This document shows positions 50,602 to 62,998 of a stretch of 64,000 bases of DNA, piece after piece; position 1 is the first letter of the stretch, and every line of letters starts with the position of its first letter. Source of the DNA: Antedon mediterranea (Eukaryota; Animalia; Echinodermata); the NCBI RefSeq assembly GCF_964355755.1, contig NC_092670.1, positions 29,810,388 to 29,874,387 of the forward strand, given 5' to 3'. The notes under the pieces were generated by a model, which made no database searches, was not told the DNA's origin, and saw nothing but the letters and a program-made list of their open reading frames with translations. The position numbers were made by a program, and so were the translations under genes.

Positions 50602-53600
50602 GAAATTAGGTGAAAAAAACAATGATATGCACTTGGATAAACATATATGCTATAATTCAAATGAATTATTTTAACTTGTACAAATTGTGTATAATGTATT
50701 ATGCAAATTAATTAGCTCATTAATATGTTGACCTATTTAAAATAGACGACCTTGATTTCTGTTTAATCAAACAACAATAATGTTTTTGTATTTTATATTA
50801 TTCTATTTAAGTTATTTTAAATTTTTACAAATATTAAAAAAATAATTTGTTCTAGTGGCATAGCATAACAGAATGAAAAACTGTTGAGGGCCTGCCCCTT
50901 TATATAAACATCTCAAAATTTGTAATTTTGCACTCTAATATTGTAGCCTAATACTTTTATGAATCATGTAGTTTGTGTAAGTGTTTAACATATAACCACA
51001 GGATGGGCTTTATTGTATGCTATTGTATGGTATTGTATGGTATTTTAGTAAACAAAGGGGAATAATATAATATTTATATGCTAATATTACAGTTTTTACA
51101 TCTTAGTTAAAATATTTTCAAGGACCAATATTAAGTATTTTCTAGACGAGTTTAGTCCAATTAAAATGTTGATGCAGAAATTGAAGGTATCGGTTCCAAA
51201 AAGTTTAAAGAAATAAGTAAAACAATCTAGAAATATTAAAATTAGTTTCAGTTATAATTAAAGTTACAGTTTTATACATGTACATAAATATATAAATATA
51301 GTATTGTAAACATTTTAGAATATTTAAATTTTTTTTAAAATTCTATAAAAAGAATGAAATAAGGGTTTTTATATAAAAAATGCATTTTGAAATTTAAAAG
51401 CAAAACATTGAGAAACATTACCAACAATTATATAGGATTTAAAAACATTTTAAATTGAAATTAAAACAACTTAAAAGTATGTCTTAAAATAATAAAAACT
51501 ATTGTGTTTTAAATTTTGTTATAATAATGTATGAGAACTCTGCACTTTGCATAGAATTTGTTTGTGATTTCATAACAGTTAAAGTGAATTATTGAACAAA
51601 ATATTTGAAAATCAACCATATATGGTTACAGAGACACATTCGCAATGTATCATAACCAAATGCTTCACAATTCCACCTTGTTTTATTTCTAATTTCTATC
51701 AAATGATATAGGAAACACAGTAGGTCTTTTCGAAACAGAAGACATCTTCGATCAATCGATGACAAACAATGCTATGTGGGGAAGTGTAACCAACAGAACT
51801 AAGATAGCGCGGCAAGCATATTTTCGAAGGACAAGTTACTTAAAAATTTGTAATTCCTTACCGGACTTGTGGACAACATTTTTTACGGTAAAATGTTCCT
51901 AAAAGATAGCCTACATCACACATTTTAAAAATTGTTTTGATCGCTTAAAATCCAACGCAAAAAAGATAAGTAAAACACATTGTATAAGCATAGGCACCGG
52001 GACTACATTGCGATAACAAATGGATTTTTAAGATTTAATGTAAAATATTTCCTGTGTTAAGGACACATATTCTTAATCTTCAAAATCAAACCTGTTTTAA
52101 TGATGCCTAGAATTAAAACCAAAGATATTTTTTTTTTAATAAATAGTGGTTTGATTTTTGTTATCATTTGTCTGTATACTAATTTGGATTGTGAAAGCTT
52201 CTGCAAATGTTATTACTGTATTATATTATTATGCCAAATTTTAGAATATTGGTACTAGTCACATCATGAAATCACTAAAAAGATGTACTACATTTTTCGT
52301 ATGATTTTATTATGTCATTCCATGTTTTCCTGAACTTACCTTAATTTGAAGGAATAAAGGTCACAACATAAAATACAATTTTGCAAGAGCACCAGTCTCA
52401 TATAATACTGTAATATTTATTTGTTTTACTTTTTGTATTCAAGTGTTTACCTTATTTGTTGACAACAAATATTAAGTCTGTGTGCCTTCAAATTGGGGTG
52501 TCCATGTATATTGTTTTGTTATATGTGTATAGAATGGGCAGTGAATATTTATTTTCTTTTAGGCCACAAATCGCTCTTTTTGTAATGTAAAGTAGAATAT
52601 ATTTCTTTAATACTATGGCTAACCCATATTCAATGAGACACTTTTTTTTTTGCATCTTGAAGTTGTCTCTTTAATAGGAGTTCTACTGTATTATCAATTG
52701 TTCAATCTAATCTAGACAATGAGGAAACAAAATAGTTTTGGTTTAGATATCTTCACAGTTGCAGTTACGATATGGTGTACTTTATATTGCTTGAAAGGAC
52801 TTTATATTAAATGATAATAAATGTTTATGTTACTATATATAAATTACTGGTTAATGAAAAAAATATAGAAACAAAATTTGTTTAGCCTATTTTTTAGAAA
52901 TGTTAATATAAAGACTATTGTATTTTTATTATTTGTAAATAAATTTAATTTGTAACTAAAAGTGTATATTAGCTTTATTTTAAATATATTGTACACAAAT
53001 TATTCCACTGTAGGGGTCATCTGTGCCCAATAGGGTAATTGTTCTGCTATGCCAGTTTATAGGTTGTTTCTTCATGCCCAGTTTTAAAATGAAAGTTCAG
53101 TGGCACTCCATGGCCAGTTGGCAGGTTGTGATAACCACAAAGGGTGCTTAGATGACTTTCCTTCTTAAAAGGGTTCCTGAATTCGCAAGGTCAGTGTGAG
53201 TGGTTCTTTGTGTCCAGAGATGGTTCTCCATGCCCAGATGGTTGTCTTGGTAAATGACCATACTCAGAGGGTTGTGGATGGTCTGATTCATGCTGACACT
53301 GAGTCATTCTCAGAGGGTTAATGGAGGTCCACTATGACCAGAGGGTTGTTATATAGTTCTCTCTGTTAGATGGTTCTGTAGATATTTGTGCATGTTGAAT
53401 ATTATAAAGGGGGGTTTGGAAAAGTTGCTTAGCATCAGTTCTGGATGAATAGTCTGGAGTAAAGTAAATTGCCTTTATACACCAATGCACATACCAATAC
53501 ATACTACTATTAAACAGACTTACACTCGAGCTGTAGTGAAAAATTGGATTACTGTATATAATTTATTCATATTACACAAAGAAGAAATATAGAACTGACA

Positions 53601-54790
53601 ATATAATTTATAATTAAATAAAAATAATGAATGTATTAATACATTGCTTGATATGCTCTAGTTATTTAACCCTTCAGATTATTTCTTCTATGGATAATTG
53701 TTACAAAAGCAAGAACTAAAAAACAATATTATTTTAATTGAGAATTGACTAAACCAAACAGAAAAGGACACATCTGGAAGGCAAGATATGTATGTGTGTA
53801 AAAACGAATAAACAGTTTTTGAGTTTGCATTAAACCAATTTAATATAATACAATTGAAAACTCAAATGCTGACCACTATAATAATAGAAGTATTGTAATA
53901 CAATCTCAATTTACTATGTTATAATCATCAGTAATTATCAGATGTACCAGCAAAATGGTTGAACAACAGCTGTTGGAAACACATTTTATCAAGTCATATC
54001 ATTAAATCAAGCCAGGATTTGTTTTTTTGCACCTTTTGTCATGTGCTAGGCCAGTTAGGCCTATATTTACCATTACTTCTGCTCTACTTGAAAAGAGAGG
54101 TTTGTTCGCTTGCAAATCACTACATTTTATCGGAAATTGCATCTACATAACATAAACAGTATAATAAATATAGTACATTATTCATTTTTATAGTACTGTA
54201 CAGGCAGTGCACAATCATCTATTATGGTGGTATCAAATTTACTATTTGATCATAACACTGTTTGTAAAGCTCTGTCTACACTAGTATAAACGTTTGGAAA
54301 ATTGTGATGCACCCAAATATTATAGTGATATATGAAGTCATTACATTTTTTGTCACATAAATTGTAATTTTATTTTAGTGAAATGCCACCTGATTTGCAT
54401 CCGTCGAGTACAAAAGTCAGTCTGCACATGCTCAAGTTCCTGGTACACAGACCTTTTTACTACAGCTTCATAGTCGAGTGGTAAAAATCAAGAGCTCTTT
54501 TTAATAGAAGTGTCGGAAACTGTCAACCAATAATACACACAAGCACAAACACTGTATTTAGTACTGAAATATGACTGGCCACCACTGAATTTAAGCAAAG
54601 AACAAGTTGCATTATTTCTTGTAAAGGGAACAGACTGAAGAGTTGTACAAATATATCTACTTTATGTATGTTACATACCTCGATGCCTACGCTGGCCCAG
54701 TTACTAAATATTTTGTTAATGTAACATTTTGAGAAATGTTCTACACAAACAAACAAGAAAGCCACTCAAATAGTACATATCTCCGCCTAC

Positions 54791-56053
54791 GGGTCTAGGA
54801 CAACTACCACCCGGACAATTACCACCTGGACAATTACCCTCTTAGGACAATTACCCCCTAGGACAACTATCCTCTAGGACCACTACCCCCCCCCCCCCAC
54901 CCGTAGGACAATTAACCTCTAGAACAATTACCCTCTAGAACAACTACCCTCTAGAACAACTACCCTCTAGAACAACTACCCTCTAGAACAGCTACCCTCT
55001 AGAACAACTACCCTCTAGAACAACTACCCTCTAGAACAACTAACCTCTAGAACAACTACCCTCTAGAACAACTACCTATAGGAAAACTACTCCCTAGGAC
55101 AACTACCCCTAGTAAGTACGACTACCCCTGGGTAAGTAACAGTCAAACCAATATTCCATATTTACTGGACTTGCAGTAAACGTATGTCATTAAACAGCAT
55201 GACATAAGCTCTTACGGTAAAACATTTGTTTTGGAAAAGAAAAAAGAATGAACAAAATCAGGCCAATTGTATCGATAGTAAGGGGCTGATAAAAAAAAAT
55301 GTTTATATGATTTTCGATGACTGGTGCAACTTAACTGTGTTCCTAGATTTCTATATGGCATCTTCATGTCAAATTATTAGAAAAAAAAGCAAAATAAATG
55401 AAATTAAATGAAAAGACTAAGGTGTATGTGTTATGAGAGATTAGTTATTCTAGGTGTGGTTGTCCAGAGTGTGTTATTGTTCTAGAGGGGTAGTTTTCCA
55501 AGGGGAATATTCATTTAAATTTATTCCGGATTTTACTGGGGGAATCATCGCTTTCGATGGGACGTCCTATCCCAAATTTACTATAATTAAATAGACTGGT
55601 TAAGACCAAACATTGGTTATTTCAAACTCATATAAGTTCATGATAGATACATAACTGAATAATATAAAATAAAAGATAAGCAACACCAACACTAAAGTTT
55701 TCTTTCGTAGAACACTGTTTAAGCTTAACAGAAAAAGTTTTAACATCAAGTAGGTCTACGCATGTCCTGGACATCTGAAGGATTAAGTCCCAGATCTGAG
55801 GGAATATAAATAAAATAGAAGTTGTCCTAGAGGGTAGTTGTCCTAGGAGGTAGTTGTTTGGGTGGTAGTTGTCCTTAGGGGGTAGTTGTCCTAGAAGGTA
55901 GTTGTCCTAGGGGGTAATTATCCGGGTGGTAGTTGTCCTAGAGGGTAGTTGTCCTAGGGGTTAAATGTCTGGGTGGTAGTTGTCCTATGGGGGTTATTGT
56001 CCGGGTGGTAGTTGTCCAGGTGGTAATTGTCCAGGGGTAGTTGACCGGATACG
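54791..56053. mobile_element. Foldback/MULE-like element with tandem-repeat arms
   Basis: The left arm of ~16-17-bp ggacaactacc/ctctagaacaactacc units is inverted in the right arm (ggtagttgtcc). Exact 8-bp flanking duplication CCGCCTAC. Confidence 0.8.
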
Positions 56054-56947
56054 CCGCCTACTGTAAATTCTCCTACATAAAGATATCTCCAGAAATACAT
56101 ATATATACATTTGTGTGTGATTAGGCTAATTTCACTACAAGCATGTGTATGCGAATTTGGTGTAATGGTTATGTAACCAGCCTTTCAACTAACAACAGTT
56201 TCAGTTGACTAACAATAAAACAGGAATGCCAAAAAAAGGTGAATTTGAAAAGAAAAAGGTTTTTAAAACTACTCGTATCAAAAAACACTTGCCTCTTGTA
56301 CAATTTTTTTTTTTTGGAAAAGTGGATAAAATGCAATTCACTTTACTTGTTACTTTAAGACTGCTCGTCGGCTTTTGAAAATTCTGTCCTATCTTTTAAC
56401 ACTAGCAGGTCTGAAAATAATACTAAGTGGTCGAAAATTGGGACCATGGTCCGGATTGCCTCCAAAATGTCCTAGAACACATATTTACTGTATTTTCATT
56501 TTGGTAAAGATCTTGCAATAACTTTTTGTAATCCTGCTAACAAATAAACAAACACACGCTTTCGATTACATATACCTTCTTTGCGGAGGTAAATAATAAG
56601 AATAGGCCTAGTGCACACAACTTAATTATCATTGTATGAGTTTCTCATTCCACAAGGTTTATCTGAATTAAGGTACCTGCCCTTTCTGGTGAAATCTTAT
56701 AATAAATAATCAAAACATTCAATCATCTTCAGTAATTAAACACTGGCTATAATTTGGCCTTGTGTTTAACTACAAAATAAAGCAAAGAAAAAATTATGCG
56801 CATGGCAATATTATCAGGTCTTTATATATCTTTTAAAATCCATTACCATGCAAAATGTCGGCCTTCTAATTCAGATTAAAAAGGTTATTACAAAGCTATT
56901 ATTCAGATAAAAGCTGGTATTCAGGGTCTTTGTGTTTACAATAGGGA

Positions 56948-57071
56948 TTATATTTCTATTATATCGGCTGCATATGGATTATGCGATGGTGTTTCACATG
57001 AAACATGTATTGGATAGGTGTTCAATGAATTCTCTTTATCCTGGGCCAACACTTTAGTATGCATCGTCACA
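56948..57071 (-). CDS. TMEM106B: TMEM106 last coding exon VTMHTKVL...VSCETPSHNPYAADIIEI*
   Basis: tacag acceptor, TAA stop. Confidence 0.85.
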
Positions 57072-60000
57072 CTGTAAAAACAAACAGTTTTTAATAATAA
57101 AAATAACAATTTGTAAATATATAATGTCATAAATTGTACTTAAACATATCACAGATGTCCCAGTATAGTTTTAATAACATGAAATTAATTTAAAGAATTA
57201 CATTTTCAATGTAAAATACACACAAGACTCTAAATGCTTATACATTTTTAAAGTGCAAAAACAAAAGATCAGGCAGAAATAAACGAAAACCTATGACTAA
57301 ATTAAATGGTTCTTAAGCTGTATTTTAAAACACTAACCGAAAGGAAGTGCAGAAACTATAAATTTGTTATTGGTAAAAAGATATTAGAAATCAGTAGGTG
57401 ATCTGAGAAAGCATAAATATATGTGAAAATAATTAAGCATTGTTTAAAGACACCTTCCCTACAATTTGTGACGTTTTGTAAAAATAATACATATATATCA
57501 CTTTAAAAACAATAAACCAGGTCATTCCTTGTCTTAAATGTACGTTTTACGGTAAATTATGATAAAAAGTGAGAAACAATGCACTACCTAAGTAGCTTGC
57601 GTCGAATGACCTCTCGTGGACGGTCTTTAGGCCTAGCCTAGCTAGGCTTAGTTTTGTAGGCCTAGCTGATAAACATCGGTAACGTACGAACATCTTACGC
57701 TAGCTATATACCTAGCCTGACGTTGTATAGTTGCTGCATTAATTGTCTTTCTATTTTTGCCAGACTCCGTTGATACAAATTGGGGAAAACCAGGTATTTT
57801 CGCTGAAAAGTTAGGAGTCTTCCATTTGTTTTGGCCTCACGATCGATCGAAAAGTGGGTGAATTACAGAAGAAAAAAAAAATATCAATCCGCGCGCAATG
57901 CATTTTGGGATTTATAGCGGGCCGCTATAATTATTAGAATCGACTTATTTTTTCACATTTTTAACCATTTAAAGACAAAAAAAGTTATCGCAATAAGACC
58001 ATATAGTATTATTTTTACATTAAATATAGTTTGTGATCTTAAATTAGATCTAAACAACGTAGGGAAGGTGTCTTTAATATTACTTACACAAAAGTCAGGT
58101 ATAATAAGTGAGGATACGGAACTGCAGAATTAGGATCACAAATAGTTCTGCAGAAAAACATAAATTCATTATAATTATTATATAGCTATAACAACATTGG
58201 TATTATAATGTGATATCACTATATAAATATCAGTACTTACAATAAATAAGAATTATCTGTTGTTGAGGCATCTATAGCTACATTTAGTAGAAAATAAATC
58301 TGTGAATAGAACAGAAATGAATGTTTAAATCAATCTATCATGTTTTATCTATCATAAAATACAAAGGAAATCAAGCTTAAAGATTCAAGAAATTAAAATG
58401 GACATTCCATTTGCTTGGCATAATTAAGAAAATAAAACTACAGTAAAATAAAATACATCAAATTACAAAAAAATAGGTTAATTTTAAATTACTGTTAAAA
58501 ACGCAGAATATAAAATACTTATAAAACAATTAAAAATGAATAAAATTCAAAACAAAAATTGTAGTACAGTATAGAGTTATTGTCCAACATTTGAATTATA
58601 CAAATGAATGATATTAACAACAAAGGACGTCTTAGTTCTACATAGAGTGGCTTTTGGTGGTCCTAGTCTAATGCAAGATTTATCAAAACTGAAAAGCAAC
58701 TGCACTGATTACTAACTGCAATATGGTTCCAAAAGTAATAATAGCCAGAGTTATAAATAATGTGAAGCGCTTAGAGGCCTTGAGAATTAGGCAGTATATG
58801 AGAAGAATGTGTTATTAAAACTATTCTTACCAATTGAGTTGATCTGGAGTGCACATTAGAAGCATTTGTATATTTTTTGTTACCAACGACCTGAGCATTA
58901 AACAAAGCTTCTACATCAACTTCATTCACTGTGACCGGTAGAAAGTTATCATTCGTTACATTGAACATAAACTACAAAAATGAAAAACATAGATTTCAAA
59001 GTATGTCAGTTTTGTTCTATTTTTTACATATTCAACAAAATACAAAAAATGGTTTAAGGGTTTGTATGTATGTTTGTCCGCAATGCAAATTTGTGTTTTT
59101 GCATGAATCTAAACACATTAAGGCATCAAAATGACCGGAAATATACTGTGAAAGATTTCAACTACATTTTAACCGCCCTCAGGTCTAATTAGTAAATTTG
59201 GTATTTCTGATAAAGCAGACACATATTTCTGTTAAAATTGTACTTACATTGAGTTCTATTAAAAGTGACTTTTTCGTTTTATTAAGGTCTGCTCTCTCTG
59301 TATTAACTGTTGGTTCAGTCATCTTAATATCTCTTGGTATTAATATAAAACAAAGAATTCCTGCAACAATGGCACATCCTAAGATAGATAAAGCAACCCA
59401 TAACCACCTGAAAATAACAATAACAAGTTAGTTATACTTCCAACGAGAAAAGGATTTTAGACTTGCAAATGGTAATATAAGAAACTCTTAACTGGTTCGT
59501 TTTCGGTCACATTATTTATTCGCTTGTCATATGATTCAAGTTCAAAATTATTTAAAACAAATTTTTTATTAAATAATGTGTTTAGGCAATCTGATCATAT
59601 GCAATATAACAATTGATCCAATTTGAACTTTGACATCAGAGGAAACTCAAGAGTACTTGTCAATATTGGCTTCAAGTCATAAATATACTGTATGCTTACA
59701 GTGTACTTCACTTTTATCACATGATGGAATATCAAATCAATCTCTTTATAAAAGCAATACAATACACATAAAAAAGTGTACTGTATGTTAATTATACATA
59801 AAGAATAATGAATTTTATTGTAGATGAAAGGGATATAATATATTATAAACTTTTATCTTTCACTACATGAAATTATTTGTACTATTGCACTAATACATTT
59901 ATTGTATAATTATGGTATAACAAAGTCAACATTATAGGTACACTTATCATAAGATGAAATATGATGATCTTACGTTCTCCTTGGCTTTAGTCTGCCATCT

Positions 60001-60718
60001 CTGTATGGTATAAGAGCGACAAGCTGGTCTTCTTGCCCTGTGGTAAAAAAAAAGTGTTTGTCAAAAGATATTGTTCTCCTAAAAAAAATGTTTATTTCAC
60101 ATTGACTGGATCTACAAATGGTCTAATAAATTATTGGTTAGATTGGATTTATTCAATTTCAGCACAACAAAAATTACAGAAAAAAATATAAAACAATACA
60201 AAGTAAAAAAAATGCCAAGGATTGTCAGAAGCGAATACTCATCATGTCATTGTGTCAATCAATTCAATGATCCAAACTGTGTCAACGTAAGCTTGTAAAA
60301 TTGTTTAATCCACTTAACTGAACTCGAAAAGAGGCTTTATGCCAAGCATCTACCATGAGTGAAGCACTCTAATAGTACTACATTATTAGTCATTTTAATG
60401 AAATTTACGAGATGTTTTGAGATGTGATTTTCTTTTCATATACTTCATGTAGACTTACTTACATTCGTTAATGTTGTAATTCAGAACATATTTTTGAACA
60501 AACATAAGCATACCTGGTGGTATCCTACCAGTTCCTTTACATGTGGGGCAGATCATTCCTCCAAATTCTTCATATCCAGATACCCTGCTGTCTGATAAGT
60601 TTCCTTCACTGTTATTAGGTGAGTTTATGCAGTTGATACGTCCACTGCCTAATGGAGGTGATGTATTGATTAGATTTGACGATTCACTGTCAAGGACTAC
60701 CCCACCAGCACCTGTCAT
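56948..60718 (-). CDS. TMEM106B: Transmembrane protein 106 family (TMEM106B-like), type II lysosomal membrane protein, 7 coding exons, 270 aa
   Basis: Exons 60718-60514, 60037-59974, 59407-59248, 58971-58831, 58299-58241, 58147-58088, 57071-56948 (813 nt, GT-AG, phases consistent). Motifs CPTCKGTGRIP and GQEDQLVALIPYRDGRLKPRRT, one TM helix (WLWVALSILGCAIVAGILCFILIPR), luminal NVTNDNF and two luminal Cys. Confidence 0.92.
57448..58073. mobile_element. Kolobok-like MITE (copy 2) in the last TMEM106 intron
   Basis: Perfect TIR AGACACCTTCCCTAC and TTAA TSD. Confidence 0.82.
58088..58147 (-). CDS. TMEM106B: TMEM106 exon TICDPNSAVPYPHLLYLTFV
   Basis: tgcag acceptor, gtaagt donor, phase 2/2. Confidence 0.85.
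58241..58299 (-). CDS. TMEM106B: TMEM106 exon IYFLLNVAIDASTTDNSYL
   Basis: cacag acceptor, gtaagt donor, phase 0 to 2. Confidence 0.82.
58831..58971 (-). CDS. TMEM106B: TMEM106 luminal exon FMFNVTNDNFLPV...STQL
   Basis: tgtag acceptor, gtaaga donor. Confidence 0.92.
59248..59407 (-). CDS. TMEM106B: TMEM106 transmembrane exon
   Basis: ttcag acceptor, gtaagt donor, hydrophobic helix followed by PR. Confidence 0.93.
59974..60037 (-). CDS. TMEM106B: TMEM106 exon QEDQLVALIPYRDGRLKPRRT
   Basis: cacag acceptor and gtaaga donor on the minus strand. Confidence 0.94.
60514..60718 (-). CDS. TMEM106B: TMEM106 coding exon 1 (MTGAGG...CPTCKGTGRIPPG)
   Basis: ATG at 60718 with an upstream in-frame stop; gtatgc donor. 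Confidence 0.85.
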
Positions 60719-60985
60719 ATTAACTTTAAGAAAAGAGAAACAACTACTGTTAGGAAATCTTCTGTGGAGTTAGGCCCAATTGTCTTCAGCGCTGGTGGAT
60801 CATGTAGTCAGCTGGTTTTTTTTCCTGTATTATTATTCTTGCTTGTTGAATGTACTGTATTTTGTAATTTTTTTTCTATTTTTTGTATCAGAGGCATGCC
60901 ATAGGAATAGAGAAACACATTTTACTAAGTTAAAGTCTAAAATAATAATTTGTTTTAAAGTAAAGCAAACAATAAAATACCAATA

Positions 60986-62920
60986 GGGTCATTCCATACC
61001 AAATCACCCCAAAAAAATGACATTTTAAACCCTACTTTCTTCAAATTTGCTCAAATTTGGTTTTAGGGTTATTTTTAGCCAAAAACCCTGAAATTTTTAA
61101 TTTAATAATATTACTTACAGTAGGTAAACATCTGTACACCATTTGATTACCCCATTTGGTTAGCCAAGGATGTACCATCAGTTTATGGCACTCTTTTCAC
61201 ACTTTCAAGAAAATTGAATCAATTTTTTTGTTTGATGATAACTTTGAAAACATTGAGTGTTCTTTCCTGTTCATCATTATTTTACATTTTTGTTCATTGT
61301 ATTTTGTTCACTTATTTCTTCACTCATAATTAGGCTATAATTACGTTATAAACAGCATGGACCGGGGTGACGATACGTGGGTTGGGGCAAGTAGGGTCCA
61401 GTCATTTCAAGTAAAAATACCACTTGCCCCGGTCCATGCCGTCTAGCTGCCATTTTATGCAATTTTAAAACGTTACTACAATTTTACGTTTTTGTAAAAA
61501 ATGCAATATAACCACATGATTTATAAGGCTATAATTATGCTTTAAACGGCATGGACCGGGGTGACGATACATTGGTTAGGGCAAGTAGTAGTAGTCAATG
61601 CATAAAATTACCACTTGCCCTGGTCCATGCCGTCTAGCTGCCATTTTATGCAATTTTAAAACGTTCTACAATTTTACGTTTTTGTAAAAAATGCAATATA
61701 ACAACATGAGTTATAAGGCTATAATTATGTTATAAACGGCATGGACCGGGGTGACGATACAGTACATTGGTTGGGGCAAGTAGTAGTAGTCAATGCATAA
61801 AAATACCACTTGCCCCGGTCCATGCCGTCTAGCTGCCATTTTATGCAATTTTAAAACGTTACTACAATTTAACTTTTTTTAAATAAAAAATGCAATATAA
61901 ATATGCATGATATATTATATAGGGCTATAATTACATTATAAACGGCATGGACCGGGGTGATGATACATGGGTTAGGGCAAGTAGGGTCCACTCATTTCAG
62001 AAAAATACCATTTGCCCCGGTCCATGCCGTCTAGCTGCCATTATATGCAATTTTAAAACGTTCTACAATTTTACGTTCTTATAAAAAATGCAATATAACC
62101 TCATGATTTATAAGTCTATAATTACGTTATAAACGGCATGGACCGGGGTGACGATACATTGGTTGGGGCAAGTAGTAGTAGTCATTGCATAAAAATACCA
62201 CTTGCCCCGGTCCATGCCGCCTAGCTGCCATTTTATGCAATTTTAAAACGTTATTACAATTTTACGTAATTATAGCCCTATAAATCATGCGGTTATATTG
62301 AGTTAAATTGTTTTGTATGGAGCATGAATATAATTAAAGCATTGTTATAGTCTTAAATAATCTGACAGTGACACCCATAGTATTAAGAGGTAAATTTGGT
62401 AGTGATATAATGTCGACAATACATCTACACTGTATAGAAATACCAGAATTGTTGAAGTAAGCCAACTTTGAAATGAGCTAGAAAGCAAACAAAAAATAAT
62501 ATATCTCCAATTTTTTTATATTATGTAAATATCATGTAAGAGATAATTTTCACAAAATTTCATCTAAAAAAAATTTGTCCCACAAGGTCAAATCCTAGGT
62601 CAAATGGAATAGAATAAGTTATACATCTTTTAAATAGTTCTATCTCAAAAGTAAATAGAAGATTTGGATAGCTTTAACAATTAGCTTTCCAAAGATACCT
62701 GTCACAACAAAATCGGTCCAGATGTTACGGAGATACGGTCATTTAAGTATAGCCCGCCGCGTTGATTTTGCGCAAAATCGCGAAGAAACAACGGCGCGTC
62801 GTATGGCGCTCAAATTAAAAATTTCAGGTTTTTTGGCTAAAAGTAACCCAAAAACCAAATTTGAGCAAATTTGAAGAAAGTAGGGTTTAACCCATTGGGT
62901 GATTTGACATGGAATGACCC
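60986..62920. mobile_element. Non-autonomous Sola2-like element (copy 2) carrying a tandem array
   Basis: GGGTCATTCCA termini and AATA 4-bp TSD. The right ~600 bp is nearly identical to 16779-17407. Confidence 0.85.
61333..62300. repeat. Tandem array of five ~190-206-bp units, each with a GC-rich palindrome
   Basis: Units start near 61333, 61527, 61717, 61923 and 62113. Each has cggcatggaccgggg...ccccggtccatgccg. Confidence 0.92.
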
Positions 62921-62998
62921 AATAGTAAAACACTTAAGATAACTATATTAATAATTGTATGAAATAATAATATTGAATTACATACAGTAGGCTGTAAT

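Noticed and set aside
56400-56595. Short Helentron/HINE-like fragment (acctccgcaaagaaggt hairpin plus GTTT repeats on the minus strand)
   Set aside because: Only one end is convincingly recognisable.
61333-62300. CRISPR-like array or hammerhead/HDV ribozyme array
   Set aside because: The spacers are not unique, the units are ~190 bp, and there are no cas genes. The core reads GTGA(C/T)GA rather than CTGAnGA and no stem II/GAAA arrangement fits. The CGGCATGG similarity to the HDV ribozyme start does not extend.
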